NCBI GenBank assembly: GCA_004764695.1
Contig: SMSO01000033.1
Coordinates: 434,001 to 498,000 of the forward strand
Origin: Schizochytrium sp. TIO01
Taxonomy: Eukaryota > Protista > Bigyra: Labyrinthulomycetes
DNA length: 64,000 nt
Reading direction: 5' to 3'
The translations under genes were made by a program, and so were the position numbers. Positions 21,796 to 33,627 of this stretch are shown here, piece by piece. The notes below the pieces were generated by a model. The model worked only from the letters and a program-made list of their open reading frames with translations. It was not told where the DNA came from and did not search any database. Position 1 is the first letter of the stretch; every line of letters starts with the position of its first letter.

Positions 21796-22413
21796 ATGCA
21801 TGAAACGATTGTCTCTGTTGGGGAGGCATTTTTGCAGAGAGAGGCGACTACATTACGTCGTGCTCAAGACCGTTTGCAAGTTCATTTGTATAGAGAGCAC
21901 AACCGTGCAGAAAAGGCAGAGAAGGATCTATGCAAGGCACAGGTTCATGCAGAAGCATTTCTGGCGAAGGAGCGTGAGGCATACAAGACAAGGGAAGCAG
22001 CCATGCTAGAAGAAATTCAAGACTTGCAAGCCTTAGTAAACAAACTAAAGGTTGATAAAGCGGGTGCACGTAGAGAGCTACAACTTCGCGCATCTATGCC
22101 TTTTGAGGAGCTAAAGCAAAGTGTTTTGGCTCTGCACGAACGTGCCCGGAGGCCACTAGCATCTGTGGAGAAGATCCTTGAAGAATCTGCTGCACGTGCC
22201 AAACATGCCGAGCTTCAAGCCGCAACGGTGCGCGAAAGGTGCGCGATTCTTGAGCAAGAAGCTTATTTTGAGCGCGAGGCTCGATTTCAGGTAGAGGGCG
22301 CACTTGAAGCAAAACAGCAAATTGTTGATCAACTAAGACATGAAAATTCTGTGCTGACGCTTAGAGTGGCAGAGTTAGAGAACGCTGTTCGCCGAGAAGG
22401 AGTTTTGTTTTAA
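21796..22413 (+). CDS. Hypothetical coiled-coil protein
   Basis: 205-aa ATG-started ORF, E/R/A/L-rich with a heptad pattern and no recognisable catalytic motif. Confidence 0.65.
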   Translation: MHETIVSVGEAFLQREATTLRRAQDRLQVHLYREHNRAEKAEKDLCKAQVHAEAFLAKEREAYKTREAAMLEEIQDLQALVNKLKVDKAGARRELQLRASMPFEELKQSVLALHERARRPLASVEKILEESAARAKHAELQAATVRERCAILEQEAYFEREARFQVEGALEAKQQIVDQLRHENSVLTLRVAELENAVRREGVLF

Positions 22414-22527
22414 AGGTGGCTTTGCAGGTAAGTAAACTAATCAGGCCGTTATCTGAGATGAGAAATTGGCCAATGGGTTCATCATGCAAAAAGATCCCTA
22501 TTTTTTATGTAACAGAATAAGATGTTT

Positions 22528-24453
22528 TTAATTAGAACTCTTTGGGAGACATTTGCCTATCAGTTTAAACATGGTTGCCCCACACATATTTTGTTCAACT
22601 GGATGAAACTGCTCAGCCATAAAATATGTGAATATTAACTCCAGCAGCCAGCCTACACAGACTACTGCTATGCCGATGAATAGACCAGATTTCATTTGGG
22701 CCTCTGCTTCAATGCAAGGGTCAACGCAGCCAATAAATTTGGCCGTGAGCTCTGACATCGCAGAGTTTACAAAACGATCCCACTCTGTAAGAGTAACTAC
22801 CAAAGCTAGCATAAATACATCAAAAGCAGCAAATCCCTTTAGTAGAGCCGCCATTTCGCATAGACGTTTCGTTCCGCTGGAACTACACGTAGAGAGCGGG
22901 CCAGACCACGGAAGATTGAGCGCAAGAGGGTAAATGATTGAGGTGATAATATAAACTATCGTCATGCACAGGACAGAGACAACGACCAGGTACGCAACGC
23001 CAGCAAGGCTTCCGGCCGTGGCGCGGTGGTCTTTAGTGAGTAATGTTGGTGCTATCTCTGACAAACGATACGATTCATAAGTACCTGGATTGTTGGCAAA
23101 GAATGTGCCAAATGCGTTACCATCCAAGGTGAAGTCAACTCCTGGTAGGCTTAATGTGCATATGAAAAGAGCGATGTGGACAGTGCTAAGCAGAATATGT
23201 AAGAATTGAACAACTTTACTCAGTTGAGCATGTTGACTAGATCGCATAACTTCCTGAACTACGCTTGTGTGCTCATCTGAGAAGAGGGGTTCCATGGTAG
23301 GTTTCTGAAGCTGCTGCTCTGTCACTCGCAGGTGTCTCAAATGCATCCATTCACCTTGTACGAGGTCCCAAAGGGCAGCTGTGCAAAATGCATAGATACC
23401 AGCACGGGATTCTGCGACAAGGTAAACCCGGGGAACAAGAACACCATCTAGATCAATTCGTAAACCAGCAAGAATGATGATGACAACAAAAACATCGATC
23501 AGCGACCATTTTGCGAAGCGCGTGAGGTTTTTAAGAAGTACAGCTCTGTGAAAATCTCTCATGGGCACGAACCAGGCAACAAACATGATGCAGTTCTTTA
23601 AATAAGGCCAGATCCCCGATAAAATTGTGAGTATAACTGCAACACCATAGGCACCAGAGTTCCAGCTGTCACGCACGGTCTGAACGAACGAGACATTGTA
23701 GACAACATAGAGTTCTTCTGGAGGATCAGATACAAGACGCCGGCTTGCAGTCAAATCATCAGGGGGGTCCGGCATAGTGAACCCTGTGCACTCTTCAAAA
23801 GAGGGGTTGCAATTTGTCACGGTGCATTCTATACACTCGATCTGCGCGGCTTGCCCACCCAAACCAAGTGCTGCGAGAAAACAGTCATCATAACAACCAC
23901 CCTCGCTGGAATCTGCCCCAGCGCATGCAAGGTAGTCCCCGTAGCAGAGAATGCATTGGTTACCACCTTGATAGCCAATCTCTGCACTTCGAAGGCAAGT
24001 TTCCAGTGCCTCCGTTTCATCATCTGTAGCTAAGAAATAGTCACTAGCGCAGGCAATCATATCGTCATAAACTGTCGTGCTGCCTTCGGCGAGCCACCAT
24101 GCGCTAAACTCGGTATCATTAGTTGAACATGCAGAAACTCCACTGAATAGTGTTTCTTCGTAGATATTGATGTTGGAAAGCACAACAAGTGAAGTCCCAA
24201 GATGACTATATATTGTTAAACCAACGTTTCCAAGAAGAAAACAAAGGGAGACAGCCCCGTGCCACCGCGGGTATTGTGAGTGGAGAGAGCGCTTTGCAGG
24301 AAAGCCTTTGCCGTTTACTTGCTCGGAATTATTGCTTATTGTACCTAGGACTTTGTTCATATCCGAGGTTTTAAGTCGTTGTGTTGTGCTGCTGTCTTGC
24401 ACTTCGGTTGGAGTGATCTTGACAGCGCCTTCTTCTTGCTCTGCGAGAGCCAT
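22528..24453 (-). CDS. Multi-pass membrane protein with paraquat-inducible protein A (PqiA)-like domains and a Cys-rich lumenal domain
   Basis: 'ILSGIWPYLK...FAKWSLIDVFVVII' matches the PqiA signature, with a degenerate second copy 'GFAAFDVFMLAL'. Cys-rich region follows the first TM segment. First ATG is at 24453. Confidence 0.75.
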   Translation of the reverse strand: MALAEQEEGAVKITPTEVQDSSTTQRLKTSDMNKVLGTISNNSEQVNGKGFPAKRSLHSQYPRWHGAVSLCFLLGNVGLTIYSHLGTSLVVLSNINIYEETLFSGVSACSTNDTEFSAWWLAEGSTTVYDDMIACASDYFLATDDETEALETCLRSAEIGYQGGNQCILCYGDYLACAGADSSEGGCYDDCFLAALGLGGQAAQIECIECTVTNCNPSFEECTGFTMPDPPDDLTASRRLVSDPPEELYVVYNVSFVQTVRDSWNSGAYGVAVILTILSGIWPYLKNCIMFVAWFVPMRDFHRAVLLKNLTRFAKWSLIDVFVVIIILAGLRIDLDGVLVPRVYLVAESRAGIYAFCTAALWDLVQGEWMHLRHLRVTEQQLQKPTMEPLFSDEHTSVVQEVMRSSQHAQLSKVVQFLHILLSTVHIALFICTLSLPGVDFTLDGNAFGTFFANNPGTYESYRLSEIAPTLLTKDHRATAGSLAGVAYLVVVSVLCMTIVYIITSIIYPLALNLPWSGPLSTCSSSGTKRLCEMAALLKGFAAFDVFMLALVVTLTEWDRFVNSAMSELTAKFIGCVDPCIEAEAQMKSGLFIGIAVVCVGWLLELIFTYFMAEQFHPVEQNMCGATMFKLIGKCLPKSSN

Positions 24454-25274
24454 TTCCTGCCCCAATTTCTAAATATAGTAGCTTGAAGCAACTGTCAACG
24501 TGCTTGTGATCTTCTGAAGCGCTCGACGAAGAGGTACTTCTACAGAGGCACGCGCTTGGGTCAAGACGCAATGTCAAACTTCTCTCGTTTCAACTTAATC
24601 CCTACCAACTACTTTAGGCTTGAGTTATTCAGTGAACAATGCCTGTACCCAGAGCGTTGGGCCGCCAAGCCATAAGCTCGCTTTCGGGTACTGGTCGAAA
24701 AGGGTTTGGTGGTTCAAGTTGTGCTCTTCTTGGTCCTTTTACGTTCATATAATTCTAATTCAGCGTATCGTATGGAAAAAATAAAAATAAAAAATCTACC
24801 CCCCGTGGATAAAATAAAAGATGAATCCTTCCTCCAGGCAAAAACAAACTCTACTTCTCGACATTTTTTCGCTCCTGCGATCAGCTACAGCTCCCTTGTG
24901 CACGGTCCTGAGGAGAGCTGGTACACCAGTCCAGCCAAGCCTCCCCTTTTTCAACAACACCCAATTTCGATGTACCACGCGATTTTCATATCGGGTCAGT
25001 AGCTTTCACTCCTCCTCTTCTTTTCATAGTAGGTCTGTCTTACGTCCCGATCTACCAACTTGGAACTTGTCCATCCATGTGCAAAAGTAAAAGTGATCAA
25101 AGCCTGAAAGAACAGCATCATTTTCGACACCTGAGGAGTTAACTAAGCAATTAGCAGGCAGGTGCCAACCTAAAATGCACACACGGAGGATCTTGCTTAC
25201 ATTGGGCCAGTCAGCACTCAAAGTTGGCTGGAAACTAAGCTAGGTAGGTACCTCATAAGGCAACTTATGACGCT

Positions 25275-26230
25275 TGGAGTTGAAGCTGTAAAAAAGTTTG
25301 CAAAACTTGCATTTCCCATGGTGACAAAGCGGGTCTAAGGCCCAATCGCGGGCTAGAGGACCAACCCACCCGCGACTCAAAGACAGTTGCTAAATCATGC
25401 CCTTGGGTGGGTGGGTAGGTAGCGCGCAAGGACGCCTCTGGCGGCGCAGCCATCAAGGTCGGCTACGTGTTCACCTTTTGGGGGGCATTTGAAGACCTCG
25501 GATGTGTTCTGAGCTTGTTGTCGATGGTGTCGCATCCATTGCAAGGCTTTGGAGGCCAATCCTCTCGGCAAATTACCAGTTTACACCACTGGCAAGCCAG
25601 GGAAAAGCTCGGCCTCGCGAACGAGCTCCTGTCGGAAGCCAACGAACGGCACATCATTCGAGCTGTCTTGATTTTGACCACAATCTTGTTAACCTGTTCA
25701 GCTTTCGAGTTTAGGCAAAAGGATGACACCGTAGTTTTCACGGAGCCAAACAAAGCGCGAGTTTGCGGTGAATCTCGGTGGCCCAGTAGGGCCCGCAAGC
25801 CCGGCCTTTTGAAGTTGGAGCTGATCCTTCTTCTATCGATGTCTTTGTAGACGGCGGAGGTCACCAATCTGGCATTTGAAATTCTCTTTTGGCTCGGCGG
25901 AGGACTAGATTATGTTACGGGTCGGTGCTGCAGTGCTCTCAGCCGCTGGAACAAACCGCAGCTGTAGGTGCGCTCAGCGTCATCACTTGCGTATATACGA
26001 TAAGCACCCGAGGGCACTTGCTGAGGCGCCAAGCTTCTGATTAAGTCATTTGATAATTTGAATTGAAGGTTTGGTCCATTTAGAGTATTTGGAGCTTGGT
26101 GGTTCCTTGGCCATTCCATTTTCTTACCCAACCTCTGCTTCTTAGCAAAGACCTAAACAACTACAATATATCATTTATGCTATTCTACTATTCTGAGGTT
26201 ATGTAAGTTCTAACGTTGTCATAGGTACAG
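25275..26230 (-). repeat. Dispersed ~0.9-kb repeat, copy 1 (decayed protein-coding sequence)
   Basis: Colinear similarity to 36608-37520, including shared blocks tcctctcggcaaattaccagtttacaccactggca and gataatttgaattgaaggtttggt. Reading frames are broken by indels and stops. Confidence 0.85.
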
Positions 26231-26527
26231 CTCTGATAAAAGGGTTGCGCACACACCATTTAGTTGGGTAAAATGGGTTGTGCAGAGCCAGAAAAATGGG
26301 TGGTGGCACAGAAACTGGGTTTGCATACTTACTTACAGACCTTGACGCAAACCGCCAAAGGCAAGCTCGAGAACCATTGGCTGATAGAGACAGGCATAAT
26401 AAGAGTGATAGAAGGACTGCTTATCTGACCAAGGCAGCAGATCCAAATCGCCTGTGCGGCGGGTCATCTGCAGCCAACTGCGCCTCGCAAGCTGAGCCAC
26501 CTGCGGCGCTTGCTAGTGGCGGGCACT

Positions 26528-28198
26528 ATGGACGACACACGAGTAAGTTGTAACGCAAGAAGTCGTTGTTGAGGAGAGATATTTCTGTGAAGGCTAGAGT
26601 TCTAGGGCGAGGGGAAAGCAAGCAAGTTGGCAATGGGCTCAGTGCCAGCTAGCTTGTGTTGGGCTAGCTTGAAGTCGTCCTAACCGAAGCATCACCTGGC
26701 TGCTATTCCTGCCGTTCCCTCCTTCGAATGTGAAGAAGCGCTAAGTTGCTTGCCCTTTTCAGCTGGTAAATGATCAACAAAAAACTAGTTAGATGTCGGA
26801 GTTTGGGTGTACAAGCCCAGACAAAATGAACGAAAACATCTGTGCTGATACCAGTTGATGCAACTCAATGCAATAAAGCGCTTCTCAGTTCTCCATTTTG
26901 ATGTGATACTAATATCCACTTGTTTAAAGAACACAACAACTGACGGTAACCATCTTTTCCATTTTCTATAACAGCAAATCAAAGAAGGCAAGTCTGCGTT
27001 GCGTGACACCACCTCTTTGTGGCTTTTGCCCGAAACTGCACTATGCGCCATCACAGGATGCGTAGCGTGCTGCTACAAGATCCTTGTTGAGGCACCCAAT
27101 GTCATGGACGGTGAACCTTTGCGCCCACCATGCCATCGCAATGTCCGCCCTGAAACCTGCCCGCGTCACCGCGCTGCAAAGGGTGAAGCAAGCGACGAGC
27201 CTGAGCGAACTGGTCTGTACAGCACTGACCAACGTATCTTGGTTGTTGGAGATGGTGACTTCACCTTCTCTCTCGCCCTAGCAAAGAGCCTTGGCGAAGA
27301 TGCAAAGCTTACGTGCACTTCTTTTCAATCCCGCGATGAGGTTTCTAGCATTTACGCTGACGGCACTAAAACTCTTTCCGCGTTGGAGGAGTTCTCTGAT
27401 GTTAAGGTCGAGCACGGCGTTGATGCTACTGCGCTCGCCGCAACCTTGAGCAAGGAAACTGCTGCAACTCGTTTCAACCGCGTTGTCTTTAACTTCCCTT
27501 GTGTTCCTGACGATGTTGGCCAAGATGGCCAAACTGAACAGCTCGAAGCAAACCGCAACCTTGTTCGTGGGTTTCTCAAAAGCGCAGAGTCTTTGCTGGA
27601 ACCTGATGGTGAGGTTCACCTTGTACACAAAACCCGGCCGCCTTTTGGCTGGTGGGGTATCGAGAGCCTCGGAGATACATGTGAGAAAATCAAATTTATT
27701 CGATCAGTTGTTTTTGATCGCTCTGTATACCCGGGTTACATTCCCCGCAAGGTTGGTGAGAACAAGAGCTTCCCTGTTTTCGATGCAGTCACTTACTGCT
27801 TTGGCACACCAACTCCAGAGCCAGAAGTTAACGAAGCCAAGGAACCCCAAGAAGAAGAGCCTGTTCCGGCTGAACCAGCCGCCAAGGGCAAGAAGTCGAA
27901 GAGAGCTCGTGTTAAGAAGTCCAAGCCTGAGCAGGAGGAGCCCAAGGAGGAGGAAGATGAGAAGGATGACGAGAACTCTCTAATGAGCCCTGAAAGTATT
28001 GAGGCTCTGGACTTGGTCAAGCTTTCTCGTCGTCGCTTGGTCCAGGTAGTCAGCATTCTGCAATTGGCTGCTACAGGCGCACTCAAGCTCCCGAACCCGA
28101 ACAAGAAGCGTAACCGTTCGGACTTTGTTCAAGTGCCAAAGCGGGATGGCAAAAAAGCGCGTAAGCGGACTGCAAAGCGTCGGGGTGGCAAGAAGTAA
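26528..28198 (+). CDS. 25S rRNA (uridine-N3)-methyltransferase BMT5-like (DUF2431) protein; predicted exons 26528-26542 and 26975-28198
   Basis: ILVVGDGDFTFSLAL, HGVDAT and FNRVVFNFP motifs with a basic NLS-like tail. ATG GAC GAC ACA CGA|GTAAGT donor and TTTTCTATAACAG acceptor give an in-frame join. Exon 1 is inferred. Confidence 0.8.
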
Positions 28199-28443
28199 GA
28201 AACCTAGTAGATTATGTGTCTGTAATTTATTCGTATCAATTGATGTGACATCATCTGTTTTATTTTCTCATATTCTGTTACTACTTTCATTTGTTTTCTT
28301 CGAATTAAAGCACCTCCACATGCCAGCATCCTTTACCAAAGCAATAATAAGAAAATTACCAGCCCACGGACAGATATACAAAGATTATCTTATTAGATTC
28401 GCAGAGCTTCTAAACTGATACTTACACAGCAAACACTGTTTTT

Positions 28444-29196
28444 TTAGCCGTTACCAGCAGCGCTGACCTTGGGGATGTCATGATGTTCAGAGAGTTTAGA
28501 GAGTTTCTCATTAAATGCTTCCACGCGTTCACGGTGGGTCATGCTTGTCATTTCCTTAATCTTTGCCGCCTCGCGTTCCCGTCGTTTCAATTCAAAACGA
28601 CGCTCAGCTGGTGTCATGTCAGCCAAGCTGTCGTTGTCGTCATCTCCCACATCTTTACTGAGATCCTCTTTGTCCTCCACAATGGTATCATCCTTTTGAT
28701 GGACCGTCTCAAGTTCTCGGGGCGGTGATACTGACGATGTTGACCTGCTACGACGACGCCTTTTCTTGCTACGTTCTTTATGCGATTTTTTCTTTTTGCT
28801 TGATTTCCGAGCGTTGGAGTCATCGCTACTTCGGCTCTCATTATCACTCTCACTATCGCCATCACTTTTGCTGTCCCGGTCTCGTCGCTGGTGCTTACTG
28901 CGACGGGTTCTCTTGCGTCGATGGTCCCGTTGATCGCTGTGATCACTAAGGCTTTCGTTGTCGCTTCCATTGTCGCTACCAGAATCACTGTCATCATCCG
29001 ACCTCGATCTGCGATGACGACGACGTTTTTCGGAATCTCTTTTCTTGGCCTCTTTGCTTTTCTTGTTCGCCTTCTTGCGCTCCTTGCGACGCTTTTGTTT
29101 CTTTTCTTTTTTCTCTAGCCGATGCTTCTCCGTGACATCTCCAAACCCTTTAAGGTTGAGGCGGCCGCCAACAACGCCATCATAAGCAGACGACAT
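28444..29196 (-). CDS. FAM32A: FAM32A-like (DUF1754) spliceosomal factor with K/R/S/D-rich insertion
   Basis: N-terminal 'YDGVVGGRLNLKG' and C-terminal 'TPAERRF...THRERVEAFNEKLSKLSEHHDIPKVS' family motifs. Confidence 0.85.
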   Translation of the reverse strand: MSSAYDGVVGGRLNLKGFGDVTEKHRLEKKEKKQKRRKERKKANKKSKEAKKRDSEKRRRHRRSRSDDDSDSGSDNGSDNESLSDHSDQRDHRRKRTRRSKHQRRDRDSKSDGDSESDNESRSSDDSNARKSSKKKKSHKERSKKRRRRSRSTSSVSPPRELETVHQKDDTIVEDKEDLSKDVGDDDNDSLADMTPAERRFELKRREREAAKIKEMTSMTHRERVEAFNEKLSKLSEHHDIPKVSAAGNG

Positions 29197-30066
29197 AGCT
29201 AGTTGCTCAAGTTTGACTTGGCTTCTTCAGTGCCGCGCCTGCCCGCCGATCTCAAGCCAGGACTCGTCTTCAGCGCCTGTCTCGGCACAGGGAAACCTGT
29301 GTCTGGGCAGGAAAGTCCACCGTGGGCAATGTGATAATGCCTCGAGCACAGCCTGAAGCGTGGCTTGTGTTCGATTGGGTTTTGCGGACGCTGTTGGTTG
29401 CCTTTCGCGCTCCCGAAGTTTTCTAGTACTTCTAACTAGTTATAACTATTTATATTTCGAGTTATTTTCCCTCTCATTTTTCCTTATTTTTGAAATGTCA
29501 GATTTCATCGAAATTCAGAGTTCCAATCTAAAATAAAGGAAGGTCTTGATCTATCATAGATAAGATATCTGGTTTCCAGATAATATCGAAGCAAGCATCC
29601 TCACATTTAGTTTGCACGAAATCGTTCTTCACCCTTTATAAACTTGCTTCTAACATCAATCTTCACTTTGTACCTCGATTTCGGACAACTCATTTCCAAT
29701 GCTCTTCGCGTTTCTCAAGTTCTGAAAGTTCCCACACCTATATCAAAGACCATTTGTTTTCTCTTAGTGTTACCTAGGTCCTGCCCTTTCTAGCCCCGCT
29801 TATACATAACTACAGCACTCAAGTTTAAAAAAAGCGGGAAAAAAAAGCAAAGCAAGAAAGGAGAAATTAGGTAGTAAAGAAAAACTTTTCTCTTCTCTCA
29901 CAAGCTACATATACAAGTTGTAGTCGCTCTAGAAGCCGTCCCTCTGTCCTTAGTGTACGATACATTTAAATAAAAGGACTTATTTGAATAAATATAAGTC
30001 TCTTTCCTGCCTCGCCGCAAGTTGCCGCAGACGGCGATTGTGGAGGCCATTCGCGCGAACTTGAAG

Positions 30067-30665
30067 ATGTCGGGCGAGCTCCCGCACGCGCTGCGGCTTG
30101 TGCGCAGTCAAGTGAACCCGCGCAAGCTCAAGGCTCCCCTTCTTAACGGCCGCAAGGCTGCCGTCGTGCGCAAGCGCGCCATCGAGGAGGGCAAGTAAGT
30201 GGACATTGCGCCTTTTTCAGCAAGGCAGCCAGGCCGGCGTGGAGGCAAGGGCGACGAATTTTAGGTTTGCAAGGCTTGGAGACTAACCACGGTACGACAT
30301 TGAACTCATGCAAACGCATTGAATATGGATTTGATAACTGTAAATTGATTGTGAATTGGTTGTGGGTTCGTATGAAATCATGAATGCACAGGTACTTTCG
30401 AGGAGCTGACCTTGCCAACAATGAGTGGGACCCGCGCTGGGATAAGAACCCCAAGGCGACCGTGACTCGCGAGCCGAAGGGCAAGAAGTACCTCCGCAAC
30501 CGCGAGGAGCGCGTTATGAAGATTGAGCAGGCATTGAAAACCATGGATGCCGACATTGCGGCCTACCACGCTGAGCGTATTGAGAACAAGCCCCGGTCAT
30601 ACCTCGAGAAGGTCTTCATTAAGCACGGCCTCTTCAAGGCACGCGACGCTGGCAAGAAGAAATAA
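30067..30665 (+). CDS. Mitochondrial ribosomal protein mL59 (MRPL25-like); exons 30067-30194 and 30392-30665
   Basis: Phase-2 intron 30195-30391 (GTAAGT...CACAG) joins MSGELP...KAAVVRKRAIEEGK to YFRG...PKGKKYLRNREERVMKIEQALKTMDADIAAY, which resembles the mL59 pattern. Strong codon bias. Confidence 0.72.
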
Positions 30666-31239
30666 GCATGTTTATCTTACTACAACATTAACTACTATTA
30701 CTACAACTAATACAACTACAACTACAATTGCAACAACATCATCTACATGAACAAACCCTTATTAATCAACTCCATCACTCTAGCTCGGGTAGTCTCATCC
30801 TGTGCGTGTCCTGTTTTCTTCTTTCTTGCTAGAACGCGATTTGCCATTTCTGTTGTGTTGGACAAAATCTTCTTTCAGCTTGTGCACAACCCTCCGCATA
30901 CCTTTGAAGACGATTGCGTCAGAGACAACGCTGCTGCTCTTTTTTGCTTCGGAAGAAGACCATGAAGAAGAGAAGAAGGGTGTTTCTAAATTCTGTTAGA
31001 ATACTTGTTCCGCAGTGGATTAGCTCAAGGTAGAGACAAGTAAGCCTGCCAAAGGTAGACTAGGGAAATGCTCATTCCAGAGCAACCAGGGTAATCATGT
31101 AGGTTTTAAACACATAACAAGAATCTAAGGAAAGCAAAGTGCAAACAAATTATAGACAAATCTGAGTTTAAAAACACGCGTCATGCCCATCAACGATAAG
31201 ATATAAAAGCAATGTGTTTGCTCTGAGAAGGGAACCAAC

Positions 31240-33627
31240 TCATTCAATCAGAGTTTCTAGAGTCGGGGACATGATACGTCGTACACCTGGTGGTGAGCGG
31301 GACCTTTTGTGTCTCCTCCGTCCAGAGCCAGGGGAGAGAGGTGATTTAGGAGACATGGGAGACTTAGATCGTCCATGACGTGTATTCACAGGTGGTGGCG
31401 GGGCCGGTCCCAACTTGCGCTCGTTTGCAGCATTGCGAACACTTGGAAAATCGCGTAGGAAAATCATATAGTTGCGCTTGGCCATGCGATGCATAGGGTT
31501 GATTCGAAGTGCACGTAAGTATAGATCGCGGGCTTTTTGAATCTGCGCGTGAGCTTCCGGGGCATCATCTTCAGGTGCAACACTCTTGACAAGCATGTTT
31601 GCAAAGTTGCATAACACAGTTGGGTTGTCAGGTTCATTCCGTAGGGCTCGCTGATAATATGTTTTGGCTTCGGCATGCTTTGAAAACCCCTTTTTTAAGA
31701 GGGTCGCATAATTACAACAGTTGTTGACATGATCTGGGTCAATTTCCAAAGCACGTTGAAACATCCGGTCAGCACGCAAGAAATCCTTTCGTACACGGAA
31801 TAGAAACATTGCATAATTACCAAGTATTGAAGCGTTCGCTGGTGCGACTTGAATTGCACGTTCAAAGTATTGCTCGGCTCGGTCGTGTTGCCTTAAGTTT
31901 TTCTTCAGAAATGCGGCGTAATTAGCCAGATTGGTTGTATGGGATGGATCTGCGCTAATGGCAAGGCGATAGTACTTGTCTGCTTTGTGATCACATTCTT
32001 TGCGGTACTCCTCATCACCGTCGTTGTGAGTGCGATCTCGTAGCCCGGTTCCGACATGGTCTGAACCCCATTGCTGAAGGAAAAGAGCAAAATTGCCCAA
32101 GTTTGTGGCATGGCGTTCATCCAGCTCGATTGCTCGGCGATACAAAATCTCCGCACGCTTAGGGTCTTTTCTTGACATGTGAAGGCTGAGAGCCTCCCGT
32201 CCAAGTTCGTTAGCATCTTGACTTGTGGACTTGCTGTACTCGGTGAGACTTCTGTTTGTGCTTAGAGATTGTACCTTCTTTCCAGTAGACGAACCTGCTT
32301 GCAATTGGTGAAGTTTGAAGCGTCGTTCGTTTTGGGCCTGAAGGCCATACTGCGGATGTGAATCTTCTTCAGCCCGAACGCGGGAAATCTCTTGCTCAAG
32401 TCTCAAATTTAGCTCGCGCTCTAGAGCATCAAGCTTTGGGAGAAGGTCCTCCTTAGCCCAACGTTGCATATGTCCATTTGGAGACGCATAACGTGAGTCA
32501 ATGAACATACCCTTGTGTTGTTCAACACGGCGTAACTCAGCTTGAACTCGCTGTAATTCCCACTCAGCTTCTTGGATTTCCACATCCTTATTATCGTGCA
32601 AACGTGAGCGAATCCTTGAAACACGTTTTCGATCAAGTTCATCAATCTCGCGGCGTAAAGTTTCTGTTTCCGAGGTATTCAAAACTGCAAATGCAGATTT
32701 TGTTCGCTGAATATGAGGAGGAGGGGTTCCTCGAGGTGGGGGGGCAAGGGCCCGTGCTGGCGCAGTTTTCATTTTTTGCAAGACAGGCCTTGGCATTGGC
32801 TCCTCAAGCTTTTGTTCACGTCGCGCAATTTCAATCAGCTCTCGCGCAAATTCTGCAATCCATGCCTCGTCTCGCTTTTCTTCCTTTTGAGGGTTATTAC
32901 CAATGGATAGGTTATCCACCAAACCTTCGACATCACCATCCTCATCCGCCAGCAGTGATGAAGGGTCTAGTTTCGACTCGTCCTCGATATCAGACTCGTC
33001 ATCAGAGGAGTCACTGTAGCCATCGCGCCCGTGTGAAGGCTTAAGTTCTTGAGCGGATATACGAATTTTGTCCTTTTCAGATTTTTTCTGCTCTGTTACA
33101 GCAGTGCGCTTATGAGTGCGAGAGTGTACAATTAAGTGGGCAATTTTCTTAAAGTGAAGACCACAGGTATCGCACTTAAATGATGGAACTTCAGGCATTT
33201 TGGATTCCGGGATCACTCGGGGCTGTTGACGCTTATTTGTTTCTATTTTATCCAGTTGTACTAGCATATCATGTGCTTTATGAATCGGTTCTTCGGTTTT
33301 GTTTTCGAAACCTCGTTGAATGTGCTCCTGGGGAGGAGGAGGTATTGATGGCCGTCCGACTGCGCTAGGTTTTCTTGAGATTGTTGGAGGTGGTGGAATC
33401 TTTGGTCCAGCGACCTTGGATGGTTTCTTCTCAGTAAGTGAGCTGAGTGGCGGAGGGGGGAGTCTGCGTGCACGTTCAAACTCCCCAAGGCGGCGTTGGA
33501 GTTCGGCTCGGCGGTCTTCGCGTTGCAGTCCAGGTGTCCTTGTATCCAGTCCAAAGTGCTTCAATGTTTTCGCCAAACCCGAGGTGGTGGCAGTACCCCT
33601 TTCCCCAATCGAGATCTCATCGTTCAT
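31240..33627 (-). CDS. TPR-repeat protein with one C2H2 zinc finger and Pro-rich segments
   Basis: CDTCGLHFKKIAHLIVHSRTH finger. About 6 TPRs of the 'AE.YYERAI...P.....L.NYA.FL' type. Confidence 0.85.
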   Translation of the reverse strand: MNDEISIGERGTATTSGLAKTLKHFGLDTRTPGLQREDRRAELQRRLGEFERARRLPPPPLSSLTEKKPSKVAGPKIPPPPTISRKPSAVGRPSIPPPPQEHIQRGFENKTEEPIHKAHDMLVQLDKIETNKRQQPRVIPESKMPEVPSFKCDTCGLHFKKIAHLIVHSRTHKRTAVTEQKKSEKDKIRISAQELKPSHGRDGYSDSSDDESDIEDESKLDPSSLLADEDGDVEGLVDNLSIGNNPQKEEKRDEAWIAEFARELIEIARREQKLEEPMPRPVLQKMKTAPARALAPPPRGTPPPHIQRTKSAFAVLNTSETETLRREIDELDRKRVSRIRSRLHDNKDVEIQEAEWELQRVQAELRRVEQHKGMFIDSRYASPNGHMQRWAKEDLLPKLDALERELNLRLEQEISRVRAEEDSHPQYGLQAQNERRFKLHQLQAGSSTGKKVQSLSTNRSLTEYSKSTSQDANELGREALSLHMSRKDPKRAEILYRRAIELDERHATNLGNFALFLQQWGSDHVGTGLRDRTHNDGDEEYRKECDHKADKYYRLAISADPSHTTNLANYAAFLKKNLRQHDRAEQYFERAIQVAPANASILGNYAMFLFRVRKDFLRADRMFQRALEIDPDHVNNCCNYATLLKKGFSKHAEAKTYYQRALRNEPDNPTVLCNFANMLVKSVAPEDDAPEAHAQIQKARDLYLRALRINPMHRMAKRNYMIFLRDFPSVRNAANERKLGPAPPPPVNTRHGRSKSPMSPKSPLSPGSGRRRHKRSRSPPGVRRIMSPTLETLIE

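Noticed and set aside
25463-25867. ORF with CQWC...CNGC as a zinc finger
   Set aside because: The second CxxC is not kept in repeat copy 2, and synonymous changes favour a different frame.
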